From positions 23,560,001 to 23,624,000 of the forward strand of contig OX597823.1 in assembly GCA_951406725.2 (NCBI GenBank): DNA of 64,000 bases, written 5' to 3'. Position 1 is the stretch's first letter. Every line of letters starts with the position of its first letter. Below are positions 38,601-54,000 of the stretch, in pieces. A model generated the notes under the pieces. The model did not search any database and was not told the origin of the DNA. It saw only the letters and a program-made list of their open reading frames with translations. Source of the DNA: Octopus vulgaris (taxonomy: Eukaryota). The position numbers and the translations under genes were made by a program.

Positions 38601-41600
38601 TTTCCTTTTTTTCTGAAATTTGTGATTCCATTTGTACTTCATAATATATAAACAACCATTTCTGTAAAGACATTGGCAGGGTTACCTATAAGGGCAGACA
38701 TAAACAAGTTTCAGCAATAAGGAATATTAGCAACTGTAAATATTCTTAGGGCATTAGAGCATTCTCATATAGCATTTGTTCACCTTAAACCTATTTGTGC
38801 ATATTTTCAGTTTTTCTTCTCTTTATTTACGAAAGGAAATTCTGGTTTTTCTTAAACCTGAATAGCAGCAGCAGCAGCATCTTTCTCTTCATTTGTTGAA
38901 GCTATTATGGCTTAAATAGTGCTTTTACAACAGTGTCTGAGCACTAGATGTTGTCCTTAATATAATACACAGAATAATTGAAAAAAAACATGTCAATATA
39001 TGTAATTATATATCTTTGATGTTTTAGTATTGCTATTATAGCAAGATGCCCTTCTTCCTATCACCAACCATTTTATCACAGGAAGAGTGGACATTTTCCC
39101 ATACACTGGAATTTGAGAAGTTCTCTACTGGAACTAAAGAATCCTCTCTACTTGAAATAAGTTTCTATTCAGTATAGTCCAAGGACAGAATCAACTGCAA
39201 GTACCTTCTTTGGCATGGTTATTACAGCTAATTACCATGCCTAACACCAACCACTTTACACAAGATATAAAACTCTATTGAGGTTACATATATATCGTTG
39301 GTAAAGCATAAATCCAAAAAAGAAGCTCACTCTAGGTTATAGGGCAGTATATGATATAATTAAAGTTAAATAGAGCTGGTTTAAGGGATTACCCTGGATT
39401 TCAGATCTCTAAAGCATTTAGCTTAACAGTATATCTTCAGATCCCAAAACCTGTTGGCTTAAAGCCTTTGTAGTAAGTGGTCTTTCTAATGAGTGGCTTC
39501 TCTAGAATATGGAGAATATCTGAAAGGAGATACGTTATATTATTAGCCAGCTATGTATGGCAGCTGAAAGATGATGGGATTCCATACACAGTATCATGAA
39601 GAATACTAGGAAATCCAGGCCCCCACACAAACAGGATCAAGTGCTGTAAACTATGCATAGCTGAATAGGCAAGGATTCTAAAGGACTCCTTCAACCTAGA
39701 AACATCCTTGACTCCAGAATGGAGATCTTTGGACTGTGTTTGCATTTCAGGAAATTCCTACTGGCCTATTGGAACCCACAGGATAACAAGGGTCACTGGC
39801 AATCGGTAGTCAAAAGGAGACAATCCCTGTTGTTGACATTGAGTAATGAGGTTCTTTCCTCCTCTATAAATATATATATATATATTGTCATCATCATCAT
39901 CATCATTTAATGTCCATTGTCCATGCTGGCATGGGTTGTACAGTTTGACCAGGGCTGGTAAGCTGGAAGGCTGCACCATACTCCAGTCTGATTTGGCATG
40001 ATTTTCTACAGCTCGATGCCCTTCTTAATGCCAACCTCTCCAAGAGTATAATGGGTGTGTTTATGTGCCACCAGCATAGGTGCCATTTGCATGACACAAG
40101 TGTCTGCCACGACCGTGATTTTGCTTGACTTGATGTGTCATCTTCTCAAGCACAGCATAATGCCAAAAGTTTCAGTCATTCATCATTGCCTCTGTGAGGC
40201 CCAATGCTCAAAAGGAACTCAGCCACTTTGCCTCCATAATAAATGCACAAACAAATGGGTATCAGACTCGAGAAGGCTAACTAGGAGAGAATACTTACCT
40301 TAGTGGTAAGGGTGGCTATGGTTTTGTTGGATTTCCAAGAGTAACCATTTGAGGTCTCCCATCCAGAGGAGAATTAATATTCTTTGTTTAAAATGTTGGT
40401 ATTTTTCTTTTTTATTGTATAGTTTACATGCACTTTTATGTCATTCCTTGTTATATCCATGTGTGGACAGGATGCCGGATGCACTTTTACTGAAAGACAA
40501 GAAGCCGAACAGACACAATGCCAAACGGACATAAAGATGAATGGACACAATGCCAAATGGACATATAGCTGAATGGACACAATAATAATAAAAAAATTCT
40601 TACCTATATAGTTTAATGACCAATTCACCAATTTGGCACTTAAGATTTAATAAGATTAAATTTGTCATTCTGGCATCTTGTCTGTTTGGCATTGTGTCCA
40701 TTCAGCTTCTCATCCTTCGGCAAAAGTGCATTTGATATCCTGTCTGTATACTGTTATATCTTGCTCTATTGTCCCCAAAGTTCTTGACTACTATTAGCGA
40801 TTTATAAAAAGCTTTGTTTTTGTTATTTTATGGGTATTTTAAGAATATATCATTATGTAGAGGTACCATGTAAATGAAATTTTGAATAAAATATGAGAAA
40901 GACATCTGATGCATTGTTATCAAAATGGATGATTTATTATAATAGCATGATCAATCCACAAAATAATCTTTCAACATAAGACATCCTTCTCAGAATTACA
41001 TCATAAGACATACTCAAAACTTTGCCTAAATATTTCAGTTTTAGATAATCCATACAGCCATTCTTCTGATGATACACTTTTGTTTAAAATTGCATGGCCA
41101 TAACAATAGACATCTTGGTTGACCACAGGTTAAGGAGAGCTTTCACCTTACAAAAACACACTATCAAGTTAAGTATGTACAAATGGATTATCTGCAGATA
41201 TAGATATAAGTCTGAAAGTAAACCTCAATATGTTCTACAACTCATAAATTCTAACTAGGATATCAGTTTATGAAATAGTTATTTGTGGTATTATTCAGTG
41301 TCCTTTTACAAAACCATGCAACACAAGCTTTATAACATTTATTGTGTGTGTGTCTGTGTGCATGCTTGTGTGTGTGTGTGTGTGTATGTGTGTGTGTGCA
41401 TGCTTGTGTATGCGTGTGTGTGTGTGTGCATGCATGCATGTGTCTGATTTTAAAATACATTTCACGTCTTTTTTTTTGTTTTGCAGCCAATGATAAACAT
41501 TTAATGTTGAAAAAGGTTAGCATACCAAAGCAGGATGTTTATGAACAGCTTAAGAATGTTGATGTAAATAAATGCAATAAAACTTGCCTTCTATCTCTAG

Positions 41601-41784
41601 AATGTAATTCTTACCAGTACAATGAAAAAGCTAAATCATGTTTTCTGAGTAATGTAACTCATTTCACTGGTAAACTTGAACCCAACAATGGAGAATCGGA
41701 TGTATACATAATTAATCCAGGTCAGTAGAATGTTTCTACTGTATTTATTGTGTGCATCCCTTTGTGTATTTATAAATGTATGTA

Positions 41785-41818
<34 letters not shown>

Positions 41819-43297
41819 GACTTCAATGCTGCATAGTAGTAAGACATGGGCCTTGAATGTAGTGGGTATGATAAGACTGGAAAGAAATGAAACGAGCATG
41901 CTCTGTTGAACTTGTAATGTAAGTGAGCAGGAACAGCATTGTATATCTAAGTAAAAAACTGGGCATAAGAGAAACCAAATGTTGTGTGCAAGAGAGAACA
42001 CTGGTATAGTTGTGCAATGCATTTAGATGAGGACAGTTGTATAGAGAAGTGCTGATCACTAAATGTAGCAGAAGCTTGTAGGTGAGGAACACATAGGAAG
42101 ATGTGGGAGGCTAACTTCAGGACCCTGAACCTTACTACACAGGATAAAACAAAGGTCTGAGATGTTTGGCCATATGTGCTTCTTGAGAACACGTGGCCCA
42201 TTACAGCAAAACTGACCTTTGGAAGCACAGTGTATGTAGATACCATTGTCCAAAAAAATCTTTTTCAACCATGGCCTAAAAGTGGTTAACTCCTTGGACC
42301 TTAATAAGGACCTTAAACAGGGTTATTTTCTTCATACCATAAACAATGAATAACCGCACTAGATCAATAGATCCTCCTGTCACCCTAAATCTATTAAATC
42401 TAGTAAAAATATGATTTTGAATCACATGGCCAAAGAACAGATCTTCCCTAAATAATATCCAATTTCGCAGTGAGGTCCTGGCTAGTAGTGGTTTCAGGAA
42501 AGGATCATGTATTACATGAATATCCCCCAAAAAGCCTCTATTCAGGACCCCTCTCCAACAATAACTTCACCGAGCTGTATCTTGTAACACCATCTCATGC
42601 TGGATATAGATATACACTCCATTGATGAGAGACACAGGGAATTACTAACTGTCAGGGCATGTGACTCAATGGACATTCCATCTACCAGTCTTGATGGATA
42701 TGTAGACAGACATCCCAGGAATGACATCAACTGATAAGCATGCTGGTATTAAAGCTACTGCTTGATGGGAGGACAGAGTTGTCTAATACAAGGCCAGTCA
42801 CTACAGTATATATGCTGATGGCTATTGTAGCAGCAGTTTAACTGAAAATCAGATTATCAGGCCACCTGTTCTTATGCAATCAATTACCAATGCTGGTGGT
42901 AACCCAGTAACATTTTTTGTCCAATCCATCCAGTATCACCTTTGTCCAGTACCCCAACTATCCCTTCTAGGACTAGGACTAGTAAAAAAAGGATGGTTTT
43001 TTTGGTATAACTTCTTATTGAGTTGCTTTGTATCCAACTAGAACCCTAAGTATTGCAGTGAGATCTCTGACCATTATGGTATTCATGGCATCATCCCCTG
43101 CTAACCATAATAAACCCTCTACTGATGACTCACCCTTAATATATGTTATCCTACTGGGCCACCCTTAATATATGCTATCCTACCACCAACCATTACTTGG
43201 GACCACAAAAGAGCTGAAGTCAATCCACACTCCACTGACTTGAATGAAAGCATAGCACTGAAATTAGTTGTTTTTTAATAAAATATGTATATGTACA

Positions 43298-43332
<35 letters not shown>

Positions 43333-43346
43333 ATATCATCATTAAT

Positions 43347-43408
<62 letters not shown>

Positions 43409-44992
43409 GTGACCAGCAAGCATAAAAGCCAAAATGGTAAATTTATAAATTTATAATCTAGGGTACAAGAGAGTACCAGTGTTTCTAGAAATAAGAGTCG
43501 AAAAATACTCAAATAAGCCACAATATCACTAAAAAGTCAACAAGCTGACGAAATTGAGGAGTGAGTAGAAAAGCCAAGATACTATTGAATTATATGGATA
43601 ATGCCATACTAAATTCTGGTGCCTTTAACTTAAGTACCATATTCATCTGAATCTAAATTTTACTAAACTTATATATATACACACACATATATATAACGTA
43701 AAAGACTTTTTCTGTTTCTATTCCTGAGCACTATACTAATACATTTGTTTGTTTGCACTCCACCTGCCCTCGTCTTTTGTTTATTTTCGTAAACCTTCCC
43801 GTTATATATATATATATATATATACATACATATATATATAGACATACATGGATGATGGCTCCTTTGCATTGAATGAGGCTGCAAAGAGAAAAGTTTGGAT
43901 ACGCCAGTATAAAATATTAAAGAATTTAATATTATTATTGTATATATCAATTTAATCGATAAACTTAATAGCGTTGTTTGTTTATCAATATCATTTGGAT
44001 CTTGTATTATACTAAGTTTGATTGTTGTTGTTAATATTATTATTGTTATTGACTGATTGGTAGTGGACTGTCGGTTGTAGTTGAATGTCTTCATAGTGCA
44101 TTGTTCATTTTTTCTAATATTTTTGCACCTTTCTTTAATTTATGGGGCTTAGATGTTTTTCTTACTTTTCATTAGTAAATAATTTTTGCCATTATATCAT
44201 ATTATATATATTGATAGTTATAAGTTATGATAGTTATTAATTATTATATTTATTTATTTAGAATGATTTATTATTATTTTTATAAAGGGATCTAATGTAC
44301 TACATTTATCTAATTTGAGAATTAATTTTGTTAGACAATATATCATTTAATAATTAGGTGGTATATTTATTAAGTAGTATTAAATTTAAGTAAATTTGGT
44401 TTTATATTAATTGATATTTTGGTCAACTATATTATCGAGTGATATATTAAATCTATAGGAACTTGTTAGTTTATTTAATGAGTGTGTCGATATTTGAACC
44501 ATTTCTTATTTTGATTCCAGTATTAATGGCTTGTACTAGCATTGTGTATATTAATTAATTTTAATGTTTTAGTATTAATTGCTTAATGGGTATTAGACTG
44601 TATTTGGATGTTTATTAAAAAAACATATTAATTAATAATCTGATTTAACAATACCTTAATGTTCTTAACATTCAAATCAACATCTCTGTCTATATATCTA
44701 CCCTCTTTATAATGTTATTAATTAACATGAAAATAAGTATATGTATTGATGGAAAACCTCTATAAATGGCTGATGATTGCTCAACATTTTAAAACTGTTG
44801 TAATATTTACAATGTTTAATAAAATGGTGTAGCGTGAAACAATCATACCAAATTACCGAAGATATTCTTGTTGCTTATTTTGATTACAATCACTCCATGG
44901 ATTTATATGGAAAACACCGTACAAAATTCGGGTGCATCCAATTTAAGTACCACATTCATTTGAATCTATATGTATATGTATATGTATATATA

Positions 44993-45075
<83 letters not shown>

Positions 45076-48000
45076 TTCTTCAATTTGTTTCACTCAATAA
45101 TCTTTATTATAACATTGTCATTATCTACTCATTCTCAGTCTCCTTCTAAATTAGACACATCATCAATATCAATATCAATATCTTATCAATTCCAGTTTAC
45201 ACAGAAATCGACTGTGGAACTCCAAAAGACATTTCTGGTACATTTAAGGTGTACAAAAGTACTGCCTATAAAGCTGAAGTGACCTATATTTGCCCTGATG
45301 GAGAGTTTCTAAAGTCAGTATGTGAAAAGGATGACAAATGGACTTTTGTAGCATCCACATGTGAAGGTAACATAAATAGATTTCCTCTTATTGTTTCTGT
45401 CTATGTATTTTTATTTTATTTTTGTTCTAAATGCCTTTGTTAGAGGAAGACTGGCTAACTCCATGACAATTTCCGTGGTGCTTGTGGCTGGATGGAGTAG
45501 AGAGGAAAATATTGTCAGACCACAATCCTCTGCAAATGCAGACAGAGTGGACATCATTAATTCTAGCCAAGAGCCAGATATTAAATTGGGTGATGGATTA
45601 AGTCTAACAACTAAGAATTTGAACTGTGGAAGCTTGTTTCTTCCAGTAGGTTTCTGCATAGTCTAATTATTTTTCCAATCTTCCTTTCTTAAATACTACT
45701 ACTACTGCTACTAAATGATGATGATGATGATGGTGGTGGTGGTTTCTAATTTATTCACAAGAGCAGGAATTTTTCATGAGTGGGGTTTAAGTCTTTACCA
45801 TAGACTTCAGTACTTGAATGGTACTTCATTTTATTGACCTCAGAATGGATAAAATGCAAAGTTGACTTTACTGGATTTTAACTCAGAACATAAAGAGCCT
45901 AAATACATAATGCAAAGGATTTCTTTTAAAATTCTAATGATTCTTTGAGTCAACAGTCCTTAATTATAAAAATAATAATGATGTCTTTATTATTATTTTG
46001 GCTGCTTGTGTTTGCAATTGTTCCCAACATTCATGAGCTTAGGTGAGGACAAGCATGATACCCAATTTAAAGGTAGCTTGTTAGCTTTTTTGCCAACATC
46101 CACCAACCACTTCTCTTCTGCAGATTGAATGCTGGAACTGGCCTATTACTATGCCAGTATCACCAATTCTAGCATCGAATTCAACTCCTGCTTCCAATCA
46201 TTTGTGAATATGGACTCACTTGTCTCAGTAATGTTTCACTAACCTGCAGAATGCTGTGGGAAGACTTTCACAAGGAGTCTTTGCAACACTAATTCTCATC
46301 CCTGTTTTGCAACATTCAGCAGTGAACCCATTCAGTGCATGCTGGAGATTGCCTTCTGATGAACCAAATAGTACAAAGTTGTCTGTAAATATCTGCCAAC
46401 CAATCCTTTACTTACCAATTGTGATACCACTTCCACAGTGGCTGCACATGTCAGTCCACTTCATAAGAATTATAAAAAGTACAGATGACAATATGCTCTA
46501 CTGCTGGAGTTCAGTACTCACAGTGTAAGATTTTGACTCAACACTATTTACCTAAACACAGATATGAGGTGTTATCAAAATGTTCCTGGACTAGTTCTGT
46601 AGCATGTCAACAGATGGCAGCACACAGTTGCATGTGTAGTGAGAGATAGCAGTGAACATCATGAGGCAGTGTATTGAGTGACGTTGCTGTGTTTATTTCA
46701 CAAGTTGTGAAATTTGTGTTTTTATGATCATGTGTATGCTGTAGTCTCTGATTTCATCATGGACAGGAAGATGGAACAAAGAGCCAATGTGAAATTTTGC
46801 ATTAAACTTAGGAAGTCTTCTACAGAGACATTGAGCATGCTTCAGAAAGTTTATGACAATGAGGCAATGGGTTGTACACAATGTTTCAAGTGGCACAGGC
46901 ACTTCAAAGCAGAAGAACATTCCTGGAAGATGATGAGTGATCTGGAAGACCTGCCATGAGCAACACCCTTAGAAATGTGGAGAAAATTCATCAGCTTGTG
47001 CATAAGGATCGTCAGAAGACAATTAACGATATTGCTGATATTACTGGTCTGTTATATGGGTCCGTGCCAGCAATCCTAATGTCTGGATTGAACATGCAGT
47101 GTACCTCCACCAAGTTTGTCCCCCACCTGCTGACAAACTGGGCAGAAAGAACAATGTGTCGAAGTATGTCAAAATCTCCATCTGCCACTGTCTACACATC
47201 CTAGGAATATTAGAACCAGTGTATTGCTGTGACTATTTCAAAGAAGATGATGTTTATACTGTGGTGGAAGGAAAACTGGAAGCAACAAGAGATGATATCA
47301 AGTCAGCAAGTGAGAAGAAAAGTTTTTACCTGCTTGCGGTTTTTTGTTATGTGCCCAGGGTGGCCACATTGGAACACACCACCATTGGCTTCAGTTCTGT
47401 GCACTCCCTGACTATGTGTGAACCTTGACATTTGAAAGATGGTCCCTTGGTCATTTGCCTTGCCAGACTCTTGCTGTAATTGTTTGCTACCTGTCTCATC
47501 ATCCCACTTGTAGCTGTCATCACTGTTGCCACTACATCTTGAGTGTTGCCTTGCATCAACACATATGATTTATCAATTGTCTCTCCTACAGATATCGTTG
47601 CGATATCTGGCATCTGCTGTAGATGTACAGAGATATTGTCAGGGAAGCTAGTTTCAAAAGTCAGCTTCACTATCTGCTCCATTGCTGCTCCAATAAACCC
47701 TGCTACGCTCACCAATCTCCTAATCTCGCTCACATAATTATCTATCTGCTTGTTGGTCCATCTAACCTTTCTGAACTTGCTGTAGGCTTTAAAAGTACCC
47801 TCTGTGTACACATCCTTCAGCCACTCTTAAATTTTTTCTGCTTTCTTTTTGTCTGCCTCATCCATCTCCAGGTAGAAACTCAGTGTGTTGCCTTCTAAAT
47901 ACAATAGTATGAGGCTTGTCACATCTTTTATTCCTTGTAGCTTCACCACTAATCTCACCTTCTTGATCCAGGCCACCACATCACCTTCCCCAGTGAATGA

Positions 48001-51000
48001 TCTCAACACATCATTTCCAATTCTGAATTTTGTGGCCATTACAAATAAAGGGCATGAACAACAAAATTTATTAAAAAATCTACTTCTTGGATGTATCCTC
48101 ACAACTGGTAAAAATATGCTGAAATAGCTTGTGGTTTGAAGGCACATAAATAAAATTGTTCTTGCCTCAACTTGCAATCAAGTACTCCCAGCAGATTGAT
48201 CACTTCTTCACCTGAGTTCACACAATCTCTCTCTGTCTACAACTGGTGTCTGTCACTACCCATGTTCCCTGGAAAAACCAAATGCAGGGAAAAACTTTTC
48301 TTTTCACTTGCTGATGTGACATAATCTCTCATTGCTTCCAGTTTTCCTTCCACCCTTGGTGCACAGTGCAGTGGGAAAAATGGAAAGGTGACTGCAATCA
48401 GTACTTTGAATAATGTATCAATGGATAGAATGCTGTGTCATGTCCTAGATATTTGTAGGGTGTCCTAGATATTTGTAGCTTTTCCAGTGACGAAGGGGAG
48501 GGGGAAGGCGACCCCAAGACCTTATGGAGATCTCTAAGGGAATGTCATCCTCCCAGGTGGATGGATGATTATGAGACAGAACAGGAGAGCAGTGATCTTT
48601 AGATCAGTGGGATGTATGGTGGAAGGAAGACTGGAAGAGACCAGAGATGAAGTCATGTCAGTGAGTGAGAAGAAAAGTTTTTTCCTGTGTTTGGTTTTTC
48701 CTGGGGACACGAGCAGTGACAGATGCCAGTTGTGGACAGAAAAAGGTTGTGCTGACATGGGTGAAGAATTGATCAATTTCCTGGTGGTACCTGATTGCAA
48801 ACCATAAAAAGTTAAGTAAATAAGTAAATAAATCACAAAAACTTAAGTAAATAAGTTATTTTTTTTATTATACATAACTAGTCCTGGAACGTTTTGATAA
48901 AACCTCATATTTGGGCATTCATATAGGAACTTCATGACAACCAGAAGTTACACATTTATCCCAGACTCTTGCACAACCTTCCACAGCATATCCCATGTCA
49001 TGTAGTTTTAGCCCTTTCCATAGCCTATGAAGCAAATATATGTCTCTTGGAAGTATCCTACGATTTCTTAAAGACCTTTCATAGAGTGGATATTTGGTCA
49101 GTTGTACTGCATCTAACATGGAAGCTACACTGTTCTTTAGCTAGCCTGCGCTCATCAATTTCTCTATATCTCTTTTCTAGACACCTAGTGTAGTCTTTAC
49201 TGAGAAGGAGATTCCTCTATGATTAGGGCACTCTCATTTGTATCTATTTTTAAAAATTGGGATTAACACCTTGGATTTCCAAATGTTTTGTATCTTTCCA
49301 GAGGTCTAGGTCCCCTGACATACATGAGTCAGCCAGAGAATACTTACTATATTTAGGGATTTTAACATCTCTGGCTGAATTTCATCCTCTCCAGCAGCCT
49401 TGAAACAATCGAGCACTTTAATTGCCTCTATGACTTCAGTCTTTGTGTGAGTTTAATTTGCTCCTAAATGCATCGTGACCATTGGAAGATTTTATTGTGA
49501 TTGGATTTAGGAGATCACCAAAGTATTCTTTTCACCTTCCAATGATGCTTTTCTCTTAGATTGAAAAACCCCAGCTGATTTCTTAATGTCAAGTGTGGAA
49601 AAGATCTTCTTGTCACGAAGTCAATGGTTGGTCTATCAGAACACTTTATTAACCAGTTTAAAGAAAAGTCCATCTTAACTCTGAAGCCCTCCCATGATTT
49701 AACCATCTGTTTTTACTGTTTCAGCAGCATGTTTATGTACCTCAGAGTACTGCATATGTAAATGGGTTTTGTAAGCCTCCTGTTTTGCTGGTTAAACCAG
49801 GAGGTTCTTTTACTCCCTGGTACTACACCGAGTCACTTTCACCTGCTACATTGTACCGTCAAAGAAGAACCTGCCAAACAAAACATTCTCCACTCTGCTT
49901 CAATATTCACAGTTTCTTCAGGAAAGTGTCTGAATCTGGATGCATTTGTATTTTTCATATTTGTTTCCAATTCCATCATCCACCAGGGCTTCCCATTTTA
50001 CCCTATAAGTCATCTTGGACGTATCAGATTTGTGAGTTATGTCTGCTGTACATTGTCTAAGATTGCAGACAACTAGGTAGTTATTAGTTGATAACTCAGC
50101 CACTTTCTTTACAGGAATGTCCACCATGGAATAAAAAAGGTTTATGATGACAACAAAACTTGTCAGTGACCTCTATCCAAAATTATCATGATATCAGTTA
50201 TACTTATGGATATTCCTGTGTTGGAAGAAGGTGTTCATATTAGAAGCCCTTTTCCTGCACAGAAGTGTAGTAAGGACACTCCATCATTCACATTCAATTC
50301 AGGGTCACTATTTCTCCTAATCGCATGTTTAACATCCAATGATCATTGCCAACATGTGCATTGCAGTCTCTTTGTAGGACAAATGTCTCAGACTTTACTA
50401 CATCTAAAGCTTCCATAACTTTGTCAAGGAAGGATTTGTACTTGGCACATATACTTACAACACCACAACAATCTGTTCTTCAGCCTAAGCTTTGGGAGGA
50501 AACCCTTCCACTTAGTGGTATCCACACTATAACAAAATCCTAGAGCCAGGTGCTTGTGTATATCCCCACACTTGAGTAGTGGAATTTCCAAATATACTGT
50601 ACCAGAAGCACAGAACCAGGTAGAGGAGACACTGGCTATATCTAGTTGGTTTCTGGGTTTGAAAATGAATAAAATTATAGTTTTTCTCTCTATTTCCTCA
50701 ATAATCTAATGACAGTGTTTTTAACATAAAAGTAAAGAACTCCAATAGATTTAACACAATATTTATAGAAACATGCCTCTCGTATAGAAACATGTTTTCA
50801 TCATGTTGAGTGGTGTTTGTGGCAGAATTAACATACCAGGTACTGGTAAAACTTACTTAATGTAAATTTAAATGTGATGAATTTGTCAAGATTGGTGAGG
50901 ATTTCAAGCTGAAATAAGCTGTTCAGGTGAGCATTAGGCCTATTGTATGTTTTGACCTACCCATAAATCAAATGTAACCTTATTTCTTTATCCAAAGTTA

Positions 51001-54000
51001 CCCTATATACATAAAATTTGATTTAAATTTAGTGCTCCATCCCGGTTTGTAATGAGTTTGTTACAATTTGTGAGGACTTCAAGCTGACCACAAGGCCTAT
51101 TGCATGTTTTGACCTACCCATAAATCAAACCTAACCTTATTTCTGCATGTAAAATTACCATACATAAACAGTATTTGATTCAAATTTAGTGCTCCATCCT
51201 GGTTTATGATGAATTCTTTACAATTAGTGAAGATTTCAAGCTGAAATATGGCTAAATATCAGTAAATATTACTTGGTTTTAGGCAGTTTTAACTATTTTT
51301 TCCAATTATTACCTTTTAAATTGGGATGTGTCTAATGTATCAGACCATCTTATAAGCCACAAAATATGGTATATATTTGTGCATATATATATATGTATGT
51401 TTATATTTATGTCTGTGTGCTGACTTCTTCACTTTTTTTCATTCTGTATACTTTATTGTTTGTTTGTCTTTGTCTTCTTATTCTCATCCTCCTCCTAGTA
51501 TAGATGAACTTTTGGTATCACACTGGTATCAATTTTTGTTTTCATTTTCAGCTTATGAAAAAATTAACTGTGGTATTCCAAAGGATGTTGTTGGTGCTAT
51601 GATGTCCTATGAAAAAACCATCTATAAATCTGAAGTGACCTATATTTGCCCAAAGGGAGTAAAATTAAAGTCAGCATGTGGAAAGGACAAAAAATGGACT
51701 CCAGTGGCTTCTACTTGTAAAGGTAATGTGAATAGCTTCTGTCTTCTTGATTCTGTTCCAATAAATTTGTTTTAATTTGTGCTAAATGTCTTTGCTAGAG
51801 GAAGACTGGCTGATTTTGTGGTAATGATAATTTCTATGGCTTTTGTGGCTGGTAGGAGGGAGAGTGGAAGGTATTTTCACTCAGGGACCTATCTAAATGC
51901 TTACCACTTGTCTCCAATTGGTTTCCACCAAATTTCATCAACAGGGCTTAGCTGTGAAGCAAATTCCTAAACAACACAAAAAAGAAAGCTCCATAACTCC
52001 ATCTGAAATCACATTATTGTTAAGTAAACTTATTGCATCCACAGCTCATCTGGGTAGCTTTTCTGTTAATTTCTAATTTGACCTTTCTCATTTGAACGTT
52101 GTGTCATTCTCCAAAATTCTGTACAATATAATGTCTGTGTCCTTCTTTATAAATACTCAGTAATCCTCCGAAACAGACATCTGATGCTCTTTCTGCCTTC
52201 CAATCCATTACCCTTAATAATAATAATGATGACTAATATTATTATTCATTTATTCACTTACCATCTCCTAATTTAGCTATTATCATGTTTCAGCTCCATT
52301 CCCCAGCATAGAGATGCAACACTTTTCTAAACACAGGGGTATTCCATGTATTTCTGCCAACTGAATACTTCCTATGAAGTTTGGTATTCGCAACTTTTGA
52401 TGCCAGAATATTGCCCTCTTTAAGTTGGCCCCAAGTGCAGGGATCACAATAGGTACCACACTCACTTTTGTGACTCTATAGGCTTGTTTCATTTTCAATG
52501 CTAAGTTTTTGTTCTTCTAACTTTCTCATTCTCTGGCTTCACAACATTCTGGTCTGCAGGTGTAGCTATGTCAACAAAGGTCCATCCTTTGGACTCCTTC
52601 AGTAGAAGAGTGATATCTGGTCAGTTATCCCTTGTGAGTTTCTTCTGACCATCCCCTGCTACTGGCAAATGTTGGTGTTCATACCACTTGTTCAAGTGTT
52701 CTAGCCCTTCTTGCAAAACTCCCAGTGTATTCACACAACCACTTTATTATAGAGGTTTTGTACTCCTTTTGGGTCAGTTTTGAGCATCTACTAACTACAT
52801 CTCTGACTGTATCAGATGATTTTTCACATAGTCTACACAAAGGTGGTATTGATGTTGTATCAATGATACACTTGATTGAACTGGTTTGTAAATCTTGTTC
52901 TTGAACAAAAATCGATCCTTCTGTCTCCTTAAAAAAAAACTCTTAACCCTCTCCAGGATTCTTCATCAATTTCATCTAATGTTTTTGGAAAAACTCTCCT
53001 TGTAGGACTTCCTCTTTCCAGTTGATGATCTTTTCTCTATTATTGCTCATATTGTACACACCATTGTCACTGATCGCCTTCTCACTCACTGCAGAATGCA
53101 ACATTCTTTTAATATTATTCCTCAGATAGGCATTCAAGGACTTGGTCTCTTTCACAACACTATCTCCTATTCCAACTAGTCCTCTTCCACCTTCTTTTCT
53201 AGGTAAGCAAAGCCTTGCTATGTTACTTCTAGTTTAAAAGCACCCATGCATAGCCATTACATTCCTAGCTTTTCTATCCATGTTGACTAATACCTCCTTT
53301 GTCCATTCCACAACTCCTGCATAATAATGTATCACACCTAAAGCCCAAATGTTGATACCTCTAATCAGGATCCATCTATTCAACTTCATAGCTTTTTAGC
53401 TCTTCTGATATATTCAGAAGAAATTTTCTCCTTCATCTTCATGTTCACCATCTGGCCAAATTATAAAACAGCAAGGTAGTTTTAATCCTCTCTATTCACT
53501 TCTCTTATGCACTCATCATCTGGAAGTTGTACTCTACTGCTAATTATTATTATGTGTGCAAAGCAATGAAACTCTTTTGCATGCACTCATGCAGTGTCTA
53601 AGTATTGCTGATTTGTGGAGTTATGTCAAATAGCTGTGATCATGTCTGGGACAAGTCCAACTATTGGCTGAATCCACTACCCACCTTTAATGGGGTATGG
53701 CAGGCAGTGTTCCTCTGTCTAGTGGCTAAGGCAAAAGAAATTGTGTGAAAGGACTGAGTCAAGAGCTTATTGGCATTTTAAGTTCTACTTGGAAAAGAAA
53801 GTTAGAGTGAAAAATTAAGTGTTACCTCCCAGTGAATTTATGAAAAGATGTATGATTCTGGCAAAAATGGTTAGAGTGAGTGGCCCTACTCAAAATATGT
53901 GCCTGTAGATTGGAGAGATTGTCAAAATGAGGCTGAAATATGTGCAGATTCTGATGCTAATTCCGTTCTCTTAAATGATTTCATCAGCTATGTAATACCA

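Noticed and set aside
42250-43250. Possible Gypsy pol remnant
   Set aside because: Only faint resemblance; no motif clear enough to support a call.
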